From a virus, in the IMG/VR virus record IMGVR_UViG_3300023178_001963: a DNA stretch of 64,000 nucleotides. One strand, given 5' to 3'. Shown here one piece after another: positions 9,656 to 18,927 of this stretch. Position 1 is the stretch's first letter. Each line of letters opens with the position of its first letter. Both the position numbers and the translations under genes were made by a program. The notes beneath the pieces were generated by a model. The model made no database searches, was not told the DNA's origin, and was given only the letters and a program-made list of their open reading frames with translations.

Positions 9656-11212
9656 ATGAAAGATTTGGGTAAAGATAACCTAAACGCAGGATACGCTATC
9701 TTTCTACCTGCGATATCAAACTTTTATGTTCGTAAAATTTCTCAGCATTACGCAGATGCTACTGATATGTTCCCACCTGAACGTATACCTGATGGATTTG
9801 AACATAAATTAGATGGTTTGAATATCTTTGATAAGGATAAAGGCTATGTATATTATTCACATGGTCTTTATTCTGCTGGACATGCTAACTTAGATTTAGA
9901 AGGATCAAAGATTGATGATGGTATGGTTGTCAATCGTGACCGTGAAACAACAGTTCTAGTAGGAGATAGTGGCGGGTATCAGATTGGTACTGGTGCTTGG
10001 AAACTAGACTGGAACAAATTCTATGATAGTGAAGGTAGTTGGCATGAAGCAAGACACGGTATTATGGTATGGTTAGAAGAATATTGTGACTATTCTATGA
10101 CACTTGATATTCCAGGTTGGGCGTGTTTGCCTCAATACCGTGATAAAAACGGTATTCAAAATTGGGAAGAATGCGTTGAAAAAACTATCTTTAACCATGA
10201 ATATTTCATTAATAACCGCACACCGGGCAAAACAAAGTTCTTAAACACTCTACATGGTTCTAACTGGGATACTAGTGAGAAGTGGTATGAGCGTGTTAAA
10301 CATTTTAATGATAAGAAAGTGTTTGGTGATAGAGCATTTGAAGGTTACGCTATGGCGGGCGACCATGCTGGTGATGCGGAATTATTATTACGTAGACTAA
10401 TTCGTTTACGTGATGATGGTCTTCTTGGACAAGAAGATCAATCTGATGTTTGGATTCACACTCTTGGTATCAGCGTTCTCCCTTGGGGTGCTATGTTAAC
10501 AGCAATCCAACGACAACTAAGAGAACATGTTAATCCAAATATCACAATCTCTTTTGATGCTGCCTCTCCCTATATAACCGCATCAAAAGGATTGGCGTAC
10601 GACTATCCCGACTTGAATGCGAATGCTTGGAGTTACAAAAATAAACAGTTGAAGTGGCGACAAGATTTGAGTAATGACAATCAACCTTGGATGTTTGAGG
10701 GTGAGATTGGATCACGCTTGACCATGCGTGATGTGAATTACATGCGACCTGGGGATCTAAATCGCAACAATAAGGAAGCAAAATCAAGTTGGGATAGTCT
10801 ATCGTACATTTTAATTCAAGCACATAATGCCGAATATCATATTCGTGGTATGCAAGATGCTATTCGCAGATTTGACCATGAGTATGAAATGGTACGAGAC
10901 AAAATTGATATTCGCAGTATGAACTTAGGCAAAACAAATGTTTTGTCAGAAGTTGTACCAGATAAGGTGCTATACTTTGCTAAGTTTGTAGAAGAACTAT
11001 TTGTCTCTGATAACCCGATGCAAATGCTTACTGATTACAAAGCATTCTTGCGTAAATGTGAAGGCTCACGTGTTCAAAATATTTCAACAACCCCCGACTT
11101 CATGGAGTTCGAAGATGCTTCTGTGAAAACTGAAGAGTTTGTAGAAGCGGTAAAGGGTAAAAAGAAAAAAGAATATGAGGAGCCGTTGGCAGTAGCCGAT
11201 TTATTTGGATAG
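9656..11212 (+). CDS. TGT/DpdA-like 7-deazaguanine transglycosylase (DNA modification)
   Basis: TGT-family motifs VGDSGGYQ, MTLDIP, WIHTLG, SFDAASP, HN; neighbours folE/queE. Confidence 0.75.
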   Translation: MKDLGKDNLNAGYAIFLPAISNFYVRKISQHYADATDMFPPERIPDGFEHKLDGLNIFDKDKGYVYYSHGLYSAGHANLDLEGSKIDDGMVVNRDRETTVLVGDSGGYQIGTGAWKLDWNKFYDSEGSWHEARHGIMVWLEEYCDYSMTLDIPGWACLPQYRDKNGIQNWEECVEKTIFNHEYFINNRTPGKTKFLNTLHGSNWDTSEKWYERVKHFNDKKVFGDRAFEGYAMAGDHAGDAELLLRRLIRLRDDGLLGQEDQSDVWIHTLGISVLPWGAMLTAIQRQLREHVNPNITISFDAASPYITASKGLAYDYPDLNANAWSYKNKQLKWRQDLSNDNQPWMFEGEIGSRLTMRDVNYMRPGDLNRNNKEAKSSWDSLSYILIQAHNAEYHIRGMQDAIRRFDHEYEMVRDKIDIRSMNLGKTNVLSEVVPDKVLYFAKFVEELFVSDNPMQMLTDYKAFLRKCEGSRVQNISTTPDFMEFEDASVKTEEFVEAVKGKKKKEYEEPLAVADLFG

Positions 11213-11220
11213 GAGTAATA

Positions 11221-11400
11221 ATGACACCCGAAAAAAAGTTAACTAGATTAGAAACTTTAAGAAAAAAGCACAGAGAACTTGACACTCGAATAAAAAAAGA
11301 CTATAATCTAAAGTTAGATGTGTCTCAGATGAAATCTGAAAAACTAAGAATGAAAACTGAAATCTACGCTTTAGAGAGGGAGTTAGGAGTTAATGGGTAG
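11221..11400 (+). CDS. small coiled-coil protein, DUF465/YdcH-like
   Basis: Read manually (59 aa): MTPEKKLTRLETLRKKHRELDTRIKK...MKSEKLRMKTEIYALE; AGGAG SD. Confidence 0.6.
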   Translation: MTPEKKLTRLETLRKKHRELDTRIKKDYNLKLDVSQMKSEKLRMKTEIYALERELGVNG

Positions 11401-11848
11401 TTATTACACTTATATGTTAAATGAAAGTAGAAAAGCAAACATGGCAGATGATATTTTAAAACAAAAACAAAACGCAAAACGTTGGATTTGGGTGACATTT
11501 CAGAAAGAAGGCATTCACAAATATCCAGCAGCACTAGAAGATCCTGCCCTAGCGACAGGTGACGAATATGATGTGTCTTTTCTAGGATACCCACATCGTC
11601 ACAAGTTTCATTTTCGTGTAGCAATCAGTGTTGTACACAATGACCGTGATATTGAATTCATTCAGTTTCAGCGTTGGTTAGAAAATCTATATAAAGATGA
11701 TGTTATTCAACTTGATTATAAATCATGTGAAATGATGTCTGATGATTTGTTTGACCAGATTTCAGCGAAGTATCCAGGACGTGATGTTAAGATTGAAATC
11801 TCGGAAGATGGAGAAAACGGAGCATTTATTGAATATGTCAGTGATTAA
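11393..11848 (+). CDS. QueD-like T-fold protein (DpdL-like)
   Basis: EGIHKYP, LGYPHRHKF (LxxxHRHxF), DIEFIQF, SCEMM, SEDGENG; start may be 11441. Confidence 0.7.
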   Translation: MGSYYTYMLNESRKANMADDILKQKQNAKRWIWVTFQKEGIHKYPAALEDPALATGDEYDVSFLGYPHRHKFHFRVAISVVHNDRDIEFIQFQRWLENLYKDDVIQLDYKSCEMMSDDLFDQISAKYPGRDVKIEISEDGENGAFIEYVSD

Positions 11849-12386
11849 TCATATTTCATCATCAGCAATACAAAATATGGTACGTGTCGTACCAAACCAT
11901 CCTCGTCCTGGTGTTCAGTATCAGGACATGGCAAGTATATTTCAACACCCAGAAGGCTTAAAATTAGTTGTAAATGTATTTAAAGATATTATTACAGTAC
12001 AACAGTTAGAGTTTGATAGAATTGTTGGACTAGACGCACGTGGCTTCCCAATGGCAGGTGCGGTAAGTGCTATGACAGGTAAACCTTTTGCTATGGCACG
12101 TAAAAAAGGTAAACTTCCGGGAGAGACTATTTTTACCGAATATGAGTTAGAATACGGTATGGACGAGCTACACCTACAATCAGATTCAGTGTTAGAAGGC
12201 GACCGTGTTCTTGTTATCGATGATGTAATTGCAACTGGTGGAACACTAGAAGCAGCTACATCATTGATAAACAGATTTAATGCTGAGACTATTGGTATTC
12301 TCAGTATTATGGATCTTACCTTTTTAGGTGGATCAGATAAGTTGAGTTCACAAGGATATAAAGTGTTCTCAATTTTAAGTGAGTAA
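11835..12386 (+). CDS. apt: adenine phosphoribosyltransferase-like type I PRTase
   Basis: HPRPGVQYQD, GLDARGF, ARKKGKLPG, YELEYG, PRPP loop VLVIDDVIATGGT. Confidence 0.85.
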   Translation: MSVINHISSSAIQNMVRVVPNHPRPGVQYQDMASIFQHPEGLKLVVNVFKDIITVQQLEFDRIVGLDARGFPMAGAVSAMTGKPFAMARKKGKLPGETIFTEYELEYGMDELHLQSDSVLEGDRVLVIDDVIATGGTLEAATSLINRFNAETIGILSIMDLTFLGGSDKLSSQGYKVFSILSE

Positions 12387-12406
12387 TCTAAACGATAGGA
12401 AGTACT

Positions 12407-13474
12407 ATGCTATATCTTATAGACTTGGAGAGTGTTGAATCCCGCTATACCAAACAATGGAAAACACATCTTCCCACATTGTTTAGAAGCAATGGTATTG
12501 ATGTAACTGTGATTGAAGGTCCAACTGATATCCCGGCTGCCACTACACCTGGTGCTTTCTTAAACTTTGGTGGTACAAATATCTATAAGAGCGCACAGTT
12601 AGAACAGATTGCGAAGCTGTTCTGTGAAGGTAAAATCAAAGATGGTGATTACTTTCTCTATACTGATGCGTGGAATCCCACTGTTATCCAGTTGAAATAC
12701 ATGGCAGAATTACTTGGGATAAAACTCCGCATCGGTGGCATGTGGCATGCTGGTAGCTACGATCCACAAGACTTTCTAGGACGTTTAATTGGAGATGCCT
12801 CATGGGTTCGTAAAGCGGAAATGAGTATGTATGATTGTTATGATGATAACTTTTTTGCTACTCGATTTCATATTGATTTGTTTACAAATACATTTTGGGA
12901 TGATGACCGTGATATTGACAGGCAACTACTTCACTCTATAAGACAAGTAGGATGGCCCATGGAATACATTGAAAGTGATTTAAGTGATTATAAAAATATG
13001 GAAAAAGAAAACATAATTCTATTTCCACATCGTATAGCACCTGAAAAGCAGCCGGAAGTTTTTGACTATCTAGCTGAACAAATGCCAGAATACAAATGGA
13101 TAAAATGTCAGGAAGAAAATCTCTCCAAAGAAGATTATCACAAATTGCTTGGTAAAGCAAAACTAGTGTTTAGTGCCAACTTACAAGAAACACTTGGTAT
13201 ATCTGTATACGAAGGTCTTGTAGTTGGTGCTATTCCTATGGTACCTGATAGACTATCGTACTCTGAAATGTGGAGTGATATGTTTAAATATCCAAGTGAA
13301 TGGACTACTAGTTTAGAATCAACTAAGAAGAATATTGAAAATATCAAAGCATATGTTCGTATGCAAATGAGTAAGAATGAAGACATGCAATTTGCTATGT
13401 CACAAGAGAATGAAAAAGTTAAAAAGTTTTATTATGGGAATGAGTTAGTAAAGAAATTAAAAGAATATGCTTAA
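12407..13474 (+). CDS. GT-B fold glycosyltransferase (GT4-like)
   Basis: FPHRIAPEKQPE and QETLGISVYEG (ExxGxxxxE) motifs. Confidence 0.75.
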   Translation: MLYLIDLESVESRYTKQWKTHLPTLFRSNGIDVTVIEGPTDIPAATTPGAFLNFGGTNIYKSAQLEQIAKLFCEGKIKDGDYFLYTDAWNPTVIQLKYMAELLGIKLRIGGMWHAGSYDPQDFLGRLIGDASWVRKAEMSMYDCYDDNFFATRFHIDLFTNTFWDDDRDIDRQLLHSIRQVGWPMEYIESDLSDYKNMEKENIILFPHRIAPEKQPEVFDYLAEQMPEYKWIKCQEENLSKEDYHKLLGKAKLVFSANLQETLGISVYEGLVVGAIPMVPDRLSYSEMWSDMFKYPSEWTTSLESTKKNIENIKAYVRMQMSKNEDMQFAMSQENEKVKKFYYGNELVKKLKEYA

Positions 13475-14012
13475 AAAACTTATAATACTTATCACAGCTA
13501 TAGTACTAGTACTAGCAGGGTTTTATCTTGCTAAATGGATGTATGTACCTGAACTTACAGTTGAAGAGCAAGTTGATGCTTTAATAGAGCGTAAACTGAA
13601 ATCAACAGGTCAGTGGGTAGAACCAAGCGAAGATGAATTGCAGGCTGCTAGTGGTGAACAAGTATTTAAGAAAGTACCAGAAGATGTTTCTATATACAAA
13701 ACAACATATTATACTTTTGAACAACCTTTTTTAACTAACCTAAAAGGGTCAAAAAACTTTATACAGTTTGAATTAGGAGTTTCTACTCAATACGAAGAAT
13801 GGGTAATAGAAAATGTGGAACGACATGAACTTGCGCTACGTTCAGTTGTTCTATCTGTAGCTAACGATTTCACCATAGATGAACTACAAGGTAAAGCTGG
13901 AAGAGAGCGACTATCTTTAGAAATGATGAAAGCAATAAATAAGAAGCTAGAAAAACTCGAAAGATTTGGCGGAGTAGAAGACGTATACTTTACATCTTTT
14001 TCTCTGCAATAG
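13467..14012 (+). CDS. fliL: flagellar basal body-associated protein FliL
   Basis: N-terminal TM helix; FLTNL...FIQFEL...LRSVVL...ELQGKAGRERL...VEDVYFTSFSLQ, typical FliL C-terminal domain. Confidence 0.85.
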   Translation: MLKKLIILITAIVLVLAGFYLAKWMYVPELTVEEQVDALIERKLKSTGQWVEPSEDELQAASGEQVFKKVPEDVSIYKTTYYTFEQPFLTNLKGSKNFIQFELGVSTQYEEWVIENVERHELALRSVVLSVANDFTIDELQGKAGRERLSLEMMKAINKKLEKLERFGGVEDVYFTSFSLQ

Positions 14013-14051
14013 ATTTGTAGCCAACAGACACACACAATAAGGATTATTATT

Positions 14052-14603
14052 ATGATTGAAGGATTTAAACCACCTTGTGTGGTATTTCAGACTCGTATAC
14101 GGGACGAGTCAATAGAAGGACCAAACCCATTTCGTTGGGAACAGGTCACAAGTGACAGTTTATTTCAAAATCGTCGTGTAGTATTGTTTAGCTTGCCCGG
14201 TGCTTTTACACCAACATGCTCAACATATCAACTTCCTGGATTTGAAGAGAACTATAACCGTATCAAGCTGGCAGATGTTGACGAAGTATATTGTATTTCA
14301 GTCAATGATGCGTTTGTTATGAATGCTTGGGCAAAGCAGCAAGACATTAAAAATGTAAAAGTAATTCCAGATGGATCTGGTAACTTTACACGTTATATGG
14401 GTATGCTTATTGGTAAAAACCATTTAGGTTTTGGCATGCGTTCATGGCGTTATATGTGCGTTATCAATAATGGAGTTATTGAAAAATGGTGGCAAGAACC
14501 AGGTATCAATAATGACGGTGATGATGATGATCCATATATCAATACGACACCAGAAAACATGGTTGACTATTTAGAAAACAAATTAACAATTGAAAATGAT
14601 TAA
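14052..14603 (+). CDS. peroxiredoxin (Prx5/PGdx-type redoxin)
   Basis: LPGAFTPTCS, SVNDAFVMNAW, PDGSGNFT, GMRSWRY. Confidence 0.92.
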   Translation: MIEGFKPPCVVFQTRIRDESIEGPNPFRWEQVTSDSLFQNRRVVLFSLPGAFTPTCSTYQLPGFEENYNRIKLADVDEVYCISVNDAFVMNAWAKQQDIKNVKVIPDGSGNFTRYMGMLIGKNHLGFGMRSWRYMCVINNGVIEKWWQEPGINNDGDDDDPYINTTPENMVDYLENKLTIEND

Positions 14604-14609
14604 TTTGAC

Positions 14610-14654
14610 TTGACAACAGATCCCACTTATAGTATTATGTATTATAAGTGGGAT
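14610..14654 (+). promoter_or_regulatory. sigma70 promoter overlapped by a 12-bp inverted repeat
   Basis: TTGACA(14610)-17-TATTAT(14633); ATCCCACTTATA (14620-14631) / TATAAGTGGGAT (14643-14654). Confidence 0.6.
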
Positions 14655-14681
14655 TACCACATTTAAAAAGGAACTAAGTGC

Positions 14682-15380
14682 ATGAGAAATACTTCCTCAA
14701 TTAAAGAACAGTTAGAAATAGCTGGTATTCGTCACTGGGCAGGTGACAACATTTCAGAAGTCCTGATGGACGGAGATAAAGATATTATTATCAAAGAAGC
14801 AACAGTAGCATTCGAAGGTGTTTTAGATGCTCTATTGATCGATAGACACACTGATCCTAACTCAATGGATACAGCAAGACGTTTAGCAAAAATGTATGTA
14901 AATGAAATTATGAGCGGACGTTATGATCCGGCTCCTAGTTGTACAGCGTTTCCAAATGAACCAGATAATATCACAAATGAAAAGTATGATGGTATGTTAG
15001 TTGTACGCAGTGAGCTAAAATCAATGTGTTCGCATCATCATCAACCTGTTTCAGGTGTGGCATACATCGGTATCATTGCTGCTGATAAATTAATCGGATT
15101 ATCCAAATATACACGTATCGCTCAATGGTGCGCAATGCGTGGAACACTACAAGAAGAACTTGCTATGGATATCAATCGTGAAATTCGCAAAGCAACAGGC
15201 TCAGAAGATGTGGGTGTTTACATTCAAGCAACACATGGTTGCTGTGAGAACCGTGGTATTCGTGCGCACAGTTCACTAACACAAACTACGGTTCTAAAAG
15301 GTTCATTCTTTGAAAACGACCATGTAAAGAAAGAATTTATGGACAATATTAAGTTACAACAAGAGTTTGCACCAAGATGA
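14682..15380 (+). CDS. folE: GTP cyclohydrolase I
   Basis: TARRLAKMY, SMCSHHHQP, IGLSKYTRI, LQEEL, ATHGCCENRG. Confidence 0.93.
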   Translation: MRNTSSIKEQLEIAGIRHWAGDNISEVLMDGDKDIIIKEATVAFEGVLDALLIDRHTDPNSMDTARRLAKMYVNEIMSGRYDPAPSCTAFPNEPDNITNEKYDGMLVVRSELKSMCSHHHQPVSGVAYIGIIAADKLIGLSKYTRIAQWCAMRGTLQEELAMDINREIRKATGSEDVGVYIQATHGCCENRGIRAHSSLTQTTVLKGSFFENDHVKKEFMDNIKLQQEFAPR

Positions 15381-16270
15381 AGTTGAGATATTCAGAAGCA
15401 TTTTATAGTGTACAAGGTGAAGGCAAGTATGTAGGAGTACCTAGTGTATTCCTGCGTACTTTTGGTTGTAACTTTCGTTGTATGAACTTTGGGCTACCTA
15501 AGGACAAAGATCGCTGGGAACAACACGCAGAAGGTAATCGTTATAATCCAGAAGTAAAAGACTTAATAAATAACCGAGTACACGAAACAGCGGAAAAGTT
15601 TGAAGACTTGCCTATTATTCATACAGGTTGTGATACATACGCAAGTATCTATCCAGAGTTCAAGCACTTTAACAAACTGGCAACCGTAGATGAAGTTGTA
15701 GAACATCTTATCAGTTTATTACCAGAAGGTAAGTGGACACAAGACAATGGACAAGACATACATCTTATTCTTACAGGCGGCGAACCGTTGCTTGCTTGGC
15801 AACGTCTGTATGTAGAATTATTTGAACATCCAAAAATGGCGGACTTAAAGAATGTTACATTTGAAACAAACACTACACAAGTATTACATGATGATCTACT
15901 CGAATATATCAACAACAATGACAGAATTGAATGGACATTTAGCTGCTCTCCAAAACTTTCCGTCAGCGGAGAAACTTGGGAAACAGCTATCAAACCTAAC
16001 GTCTTGCTTGATTATTACCGTTGCAGCAATGCTTCTGTCTATCTTAAATTTGTTGTTGCTGATATGGATGATGTCGATGAAGTTGGTAGAGCTGTTAGTG
16101 AATATCGTTCTGCAGGTGTGGAGTGTCCTGTATATCTTATGCCGCTCGGTGGTAGGTCGGAAGGTTACGACCTCACAGTACAAGAGGTGGCGAAGCTCTG
16201 TATGGAACAAGGGTGGCGCTTCACACCTAGACTCCACATCAGCCTATTCGGAAATGCCTGGGGAACTTAA
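15377..16270 (+). CDS. queE: 7-carboxy-7-deazaguanine synthase (radical SAM)
   Basis: EAFYSVQGEG...VFLRTFGCNFRC, GCDTY, TGGEPL, FETN, SPKL, RFTPRLH. Confidence 0.9.
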   Translation: MKLRYSEAFYSVQGEGKYVGVPSVFLRTFGCNFRCMNFGLPKDKDRWEQHAEGNRYNPEVKDLINNRVHETAEKFEDLPIIHTGCDTYASIYPEFKHFNKLATVDEVVEHLISLLPEGKWTQDNGQDIHLILTGGEPLLAWQRLYVELFEHPKMADLKNVTFETNTTQVLHDDLLEYINNNDRIEWTFSCSPKLSVSGETWETAIKPNVLLDYYRCSNASVYLKFVVADMDDVDEVGRAVSEYRSAGVECPVYLMPLGGRSEGYDLTVQEVAKLCMEQGWRFTPRLHISLFGNAWGT

Positions 16271-16336
16271 AAAGAACGAAAAGTATCTGCGTGGTATTCA
16301 CACAGAAGAACAATACGAAAAACTAAGGAAACATTT

Positions 16337-17416
16337 ATGAACAACTATATTTTTACGAGCGAAAGTGTTAGCGATGGACACCCAGATAAGGTTGCAGACC
16401 AAATCTCTGATGCCCTAGTTGATGCTGGGTTGAAGAATGGTGACGAAACTACACGTGTCGCTATCGAAACACTTGTAACTACCAATCATGTAACATTGGC
16501 GGGCGAAGTAAAAAACTTTAACGTATCTAAGGAAGAAGTTGAAGAAATCGTGCGCAACAAAGTTCGTGAGATTGGTTATGAACAAGATGGATTTCATTGG
16601 GAAAATCTAAAGATTTACAATGAAGTTCACGCACAAAGTGCTGATATCGCACTAGGCACAGACGATTTTGGTGCTGGAGATCAGGGTATTATGTTTGGAT
16701 ACGCATGTAACGACAATGACGCATATATGCCAGCACCAATCTATTACGCACATAATATCTTACACAAACTAAAAACAATGCGTGGTGATGTTCTAGGACC
16801 TGATGCTAAGTCACAGGTTAGTGTTGAATATGAAGGTGGTCAAGTAAAACGTATTGACCAAGTAGTTGTATCAACACAACACACCGAAGGAAATATGAGT
16901 CAAGCACAGGCTCTATCACGTGAAGCCGCACGTGATGTCTTAGGAGATTTAATTGATGATGAAACTATATGGCATCTTAACCCTACTGGTAACTTTGTTA
17001 TTGGTGGGCCCGATGGAGACGCTGGTGTCACCGGAAGGAAAATTATCGTTGATACTTATGGTGGCTATGCTCCCCATGGTGGTGGGGCTTTTTCTGGAAA
17101 AGACCCCACCAAAGTCGATAGATCAGCAGCGTACATGGCACGATGGTTAGCAAAGAATGTAGTAGCAGATGATATGGCAGATTGGTGCCAGATTCAGTTA
17201 TCATATGCTATTGGTGTTAAAGAGCCGACATCAATCTATGTAGATAGTAATGGACACAATCGTTCAATTCAAAAGTTTATTGAGAATAATATTGACTTGA
17301 CACCATTGGGTATTATCCGTCGCTTTGATATGTATAACTTCCATGAATATAGTAAGAACTGTGTTTATGGTCATTTTGGTAACAAGGATGTTCCTTGGGA
17401 AGGGATTGGTTGGTAA
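16337..17416 (+). CDS. metK: S-adenosylmethionine synthetase
   Basis: FTSESVSDGHPDK, GAGDQG, GGPDGDAGVTGRKII, GGGAFSGKDPTKVDRS. Confidence 0.97.
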   Translation: MNNYIFTSESVSDGHPDKVADQISDALVDAGLKNGDETTRVAIETLVTTNHVTLAGEVKNFNVSKEEVEEIVRNKVREIGYEQDGFHWENLKIYNEVHAQSADIALGTDDFGAGDQGIMFGYACNDNDAYMPAPIYYAHNILHKLKTMRGDVLGPDAKSQVSVEYEGGQVKRIDQVVVSTQHTEGNMSQAQALSREAARDVLGDLIDDETIWHLNPTGNFVIGGPDGDAGVTGRKIIVDTYGGYAPHGGGAFSGKDPTKVDRSAAYMARWLAKNVVADDMADWCQIQLSYAIGVKEPTSIYVDSNGHNRSIQKFIENNIDLTPLGIIRRFDMYNFHEYSKNCVYGHFGNKDVPWEGIGW

Positions 17417-17874
17417 TGAACTTATTCAAAAATATATTTGGTGATAAACGAAGTAGAGAAAAGTTTAGAGCGGAAAACATCAAAGATGAAACGCAAAGAA
17501 AACTAAAACTATTAGAGATAGAAAAAAAGTATAATGAAATTACAGAAAACGAATACAACAAAAGTGTTGCTACTGTAAATAAAGAGCCCTATGTACGTGT
17601 TCTTAATTTAGAAATGGATGAGAATTCTCCAGGAAGTGGATACTTCGAATTAGACTTTAATGAAGAGTTTGTTGAATATCTAGCAAATAGCGGATATGAA
17701 GGTGTTGAACCAGATCAGATTGTAGACTCGTGGTTCAATGATTTATGTCAGAATATTGTAATGGAGGGTCTAGAGGATAGCGATGGAGTAACACGAAGCG
17801 TAGACTCTAGTAGCAAAGAAGGTCTTATCATTCAACGTCTAAAGACTGATGAAGATACCGCAGAATATTCTTGA
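17416..17874 (+). CDS. conserved phage hypothetical protein
   Basis: EPYVRVL...GYFELDFNEEFV; ATG overlaps the metK stop. Confidence 0.6.
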   Translation: MNLFKNIFGDKRSREKFRAENIKDETQRKLKLLEIEKKYNEITENEYNKSVATVNKEPYVRVLNLEMDENSPGSGYFELDFNEEFVEYLANSGYEGVEPDQIVDSWFNDLCQNIVMEGLEDSDGVTRSVDSSSKEGLIIQRLKTDEDTAEYS

Positions 17875-17899
17875 CTTTTACTTACAAATAGAGTAGCAT
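17871..17899 (+). promoter_or_regulatory. sigma70-type promoter
   Basis: TTGACT-17-TAGCAT upstream of the RNase H gene. Confidence 0.45.
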
Positions 17900-17925
17900 A
17901 GAATCAACTAATATAGAGGACTATT

Positions 17926-18927
17926 ATGGCTACATTCATTCTTGTTGATAGTTTCAACATGTATCATCGTGCGAAACACGTTGGTATGCGCGGCGCAGAT
18001 ATCGATATGAAAATCGGACTAGCATTTCATATTATGATGTCTAGCGTTAAAATGTGTTATCAGAAGTTTAACGCAGACCACGCAGTGTTTTGTTTAGAAG
18101 GCCGTTCATGGCGTAAAGACTATTACACTCCATACAAAGCACAACGTAAACTAGCACAGCAGGCAAAATCTGTACGTGAGCAAGAAGAAGACGCTATCAT
18201 GTTTGATGCGTATGACAACATGGTTGAGTTCTTGTCAGAGAAGACTAATGTAACTATGTTGCGTAATCCTAATGCAGAAGCAGATGATATGATTGCTCTA
18301 TTCATTGCTTCACACCCCGACGATAATCACATCATTGTATCAAGCGATAGTGATTATCAACAACTTATCTCAGAGAACGTGACTATCTATGATGGTGTAC
18401 AAAACCGTATCATCAACAAAGATGGTTTCTTTAAAGACGATAAGCATATGACGCCCATCAAAGATAAGAAGACTAAAGAAGTTCTTCCTGCTCCTGATCC
18501 ACAGTGGTTATTGTTTGAAAAGTGTATTCGTGGTGACACATCAGATAACATCTTTTCCGCATACCCTGGATGTCGTAAGAAAGGCACTAAAAATAAAGTA
18601 GGTATGATTGAAGCGTATGAAGATAGAACTACAGGTGGCTTTAATTGGAATAATTTTATGCTACAGCGTTGGACTGATCATAACGGCGAAGAACATGTTG
18701 TAAGAGAAGACTATGAGCGCAATCGCACTCTTATTGACTTAACAGCGCAGCCCGAAGAACTAAAAGTATCATTCATCGAAACTATTGCAGAAGCAAGTAA
18801 GCCGAAGAATATTCAAGGTGTAGGCATTAACTTCCTTAAATGGTGTGGGTATTGGGATCTACAGAACTTAGCAAAAGCACCTGATGAAATGGCTGCTATT
18901 CTAAACAAAGGTTATCCACATGGATAA
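17926..18927 (+). CDS. rnh: T4 RNase H-like 5'-3' exonuclease (FEN family)
   Basis: ILVDSFN, SWRKDYYTPYKAQR, EADD, SSDSDYQQL, GDTSDNI. Confidence 0.88.
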   Translation: MATFILVDSFNMYHRAKHVGMRGADIDMKIGLAFHIMMSSVKMCYQKFNADHAVFCLEGRSWRKDYYTPYKAQRKLAQQAKSVREQEEDAIMFDAYDNMVEFLSEKTNVTMLRNPNAEADDMIALFIASHPDDNHIIVSSDSDYQQLISENVTIYDGVQNRIINKDGFFKDDKHMTPIKDKKTKEVLPAPDPQWLLFEKCIRGDTSDNIFSAYPGCRKKGTKNKVGMIEAYEDRTTGGFNWNNFMLQRWTDHNGEEHVVREDYERNRTLIDLTAQPEELKVSFIETIAEASKPKNIQGVGINFLKWCGYWDLQNLAKAPDEMAAILNKGYPHG

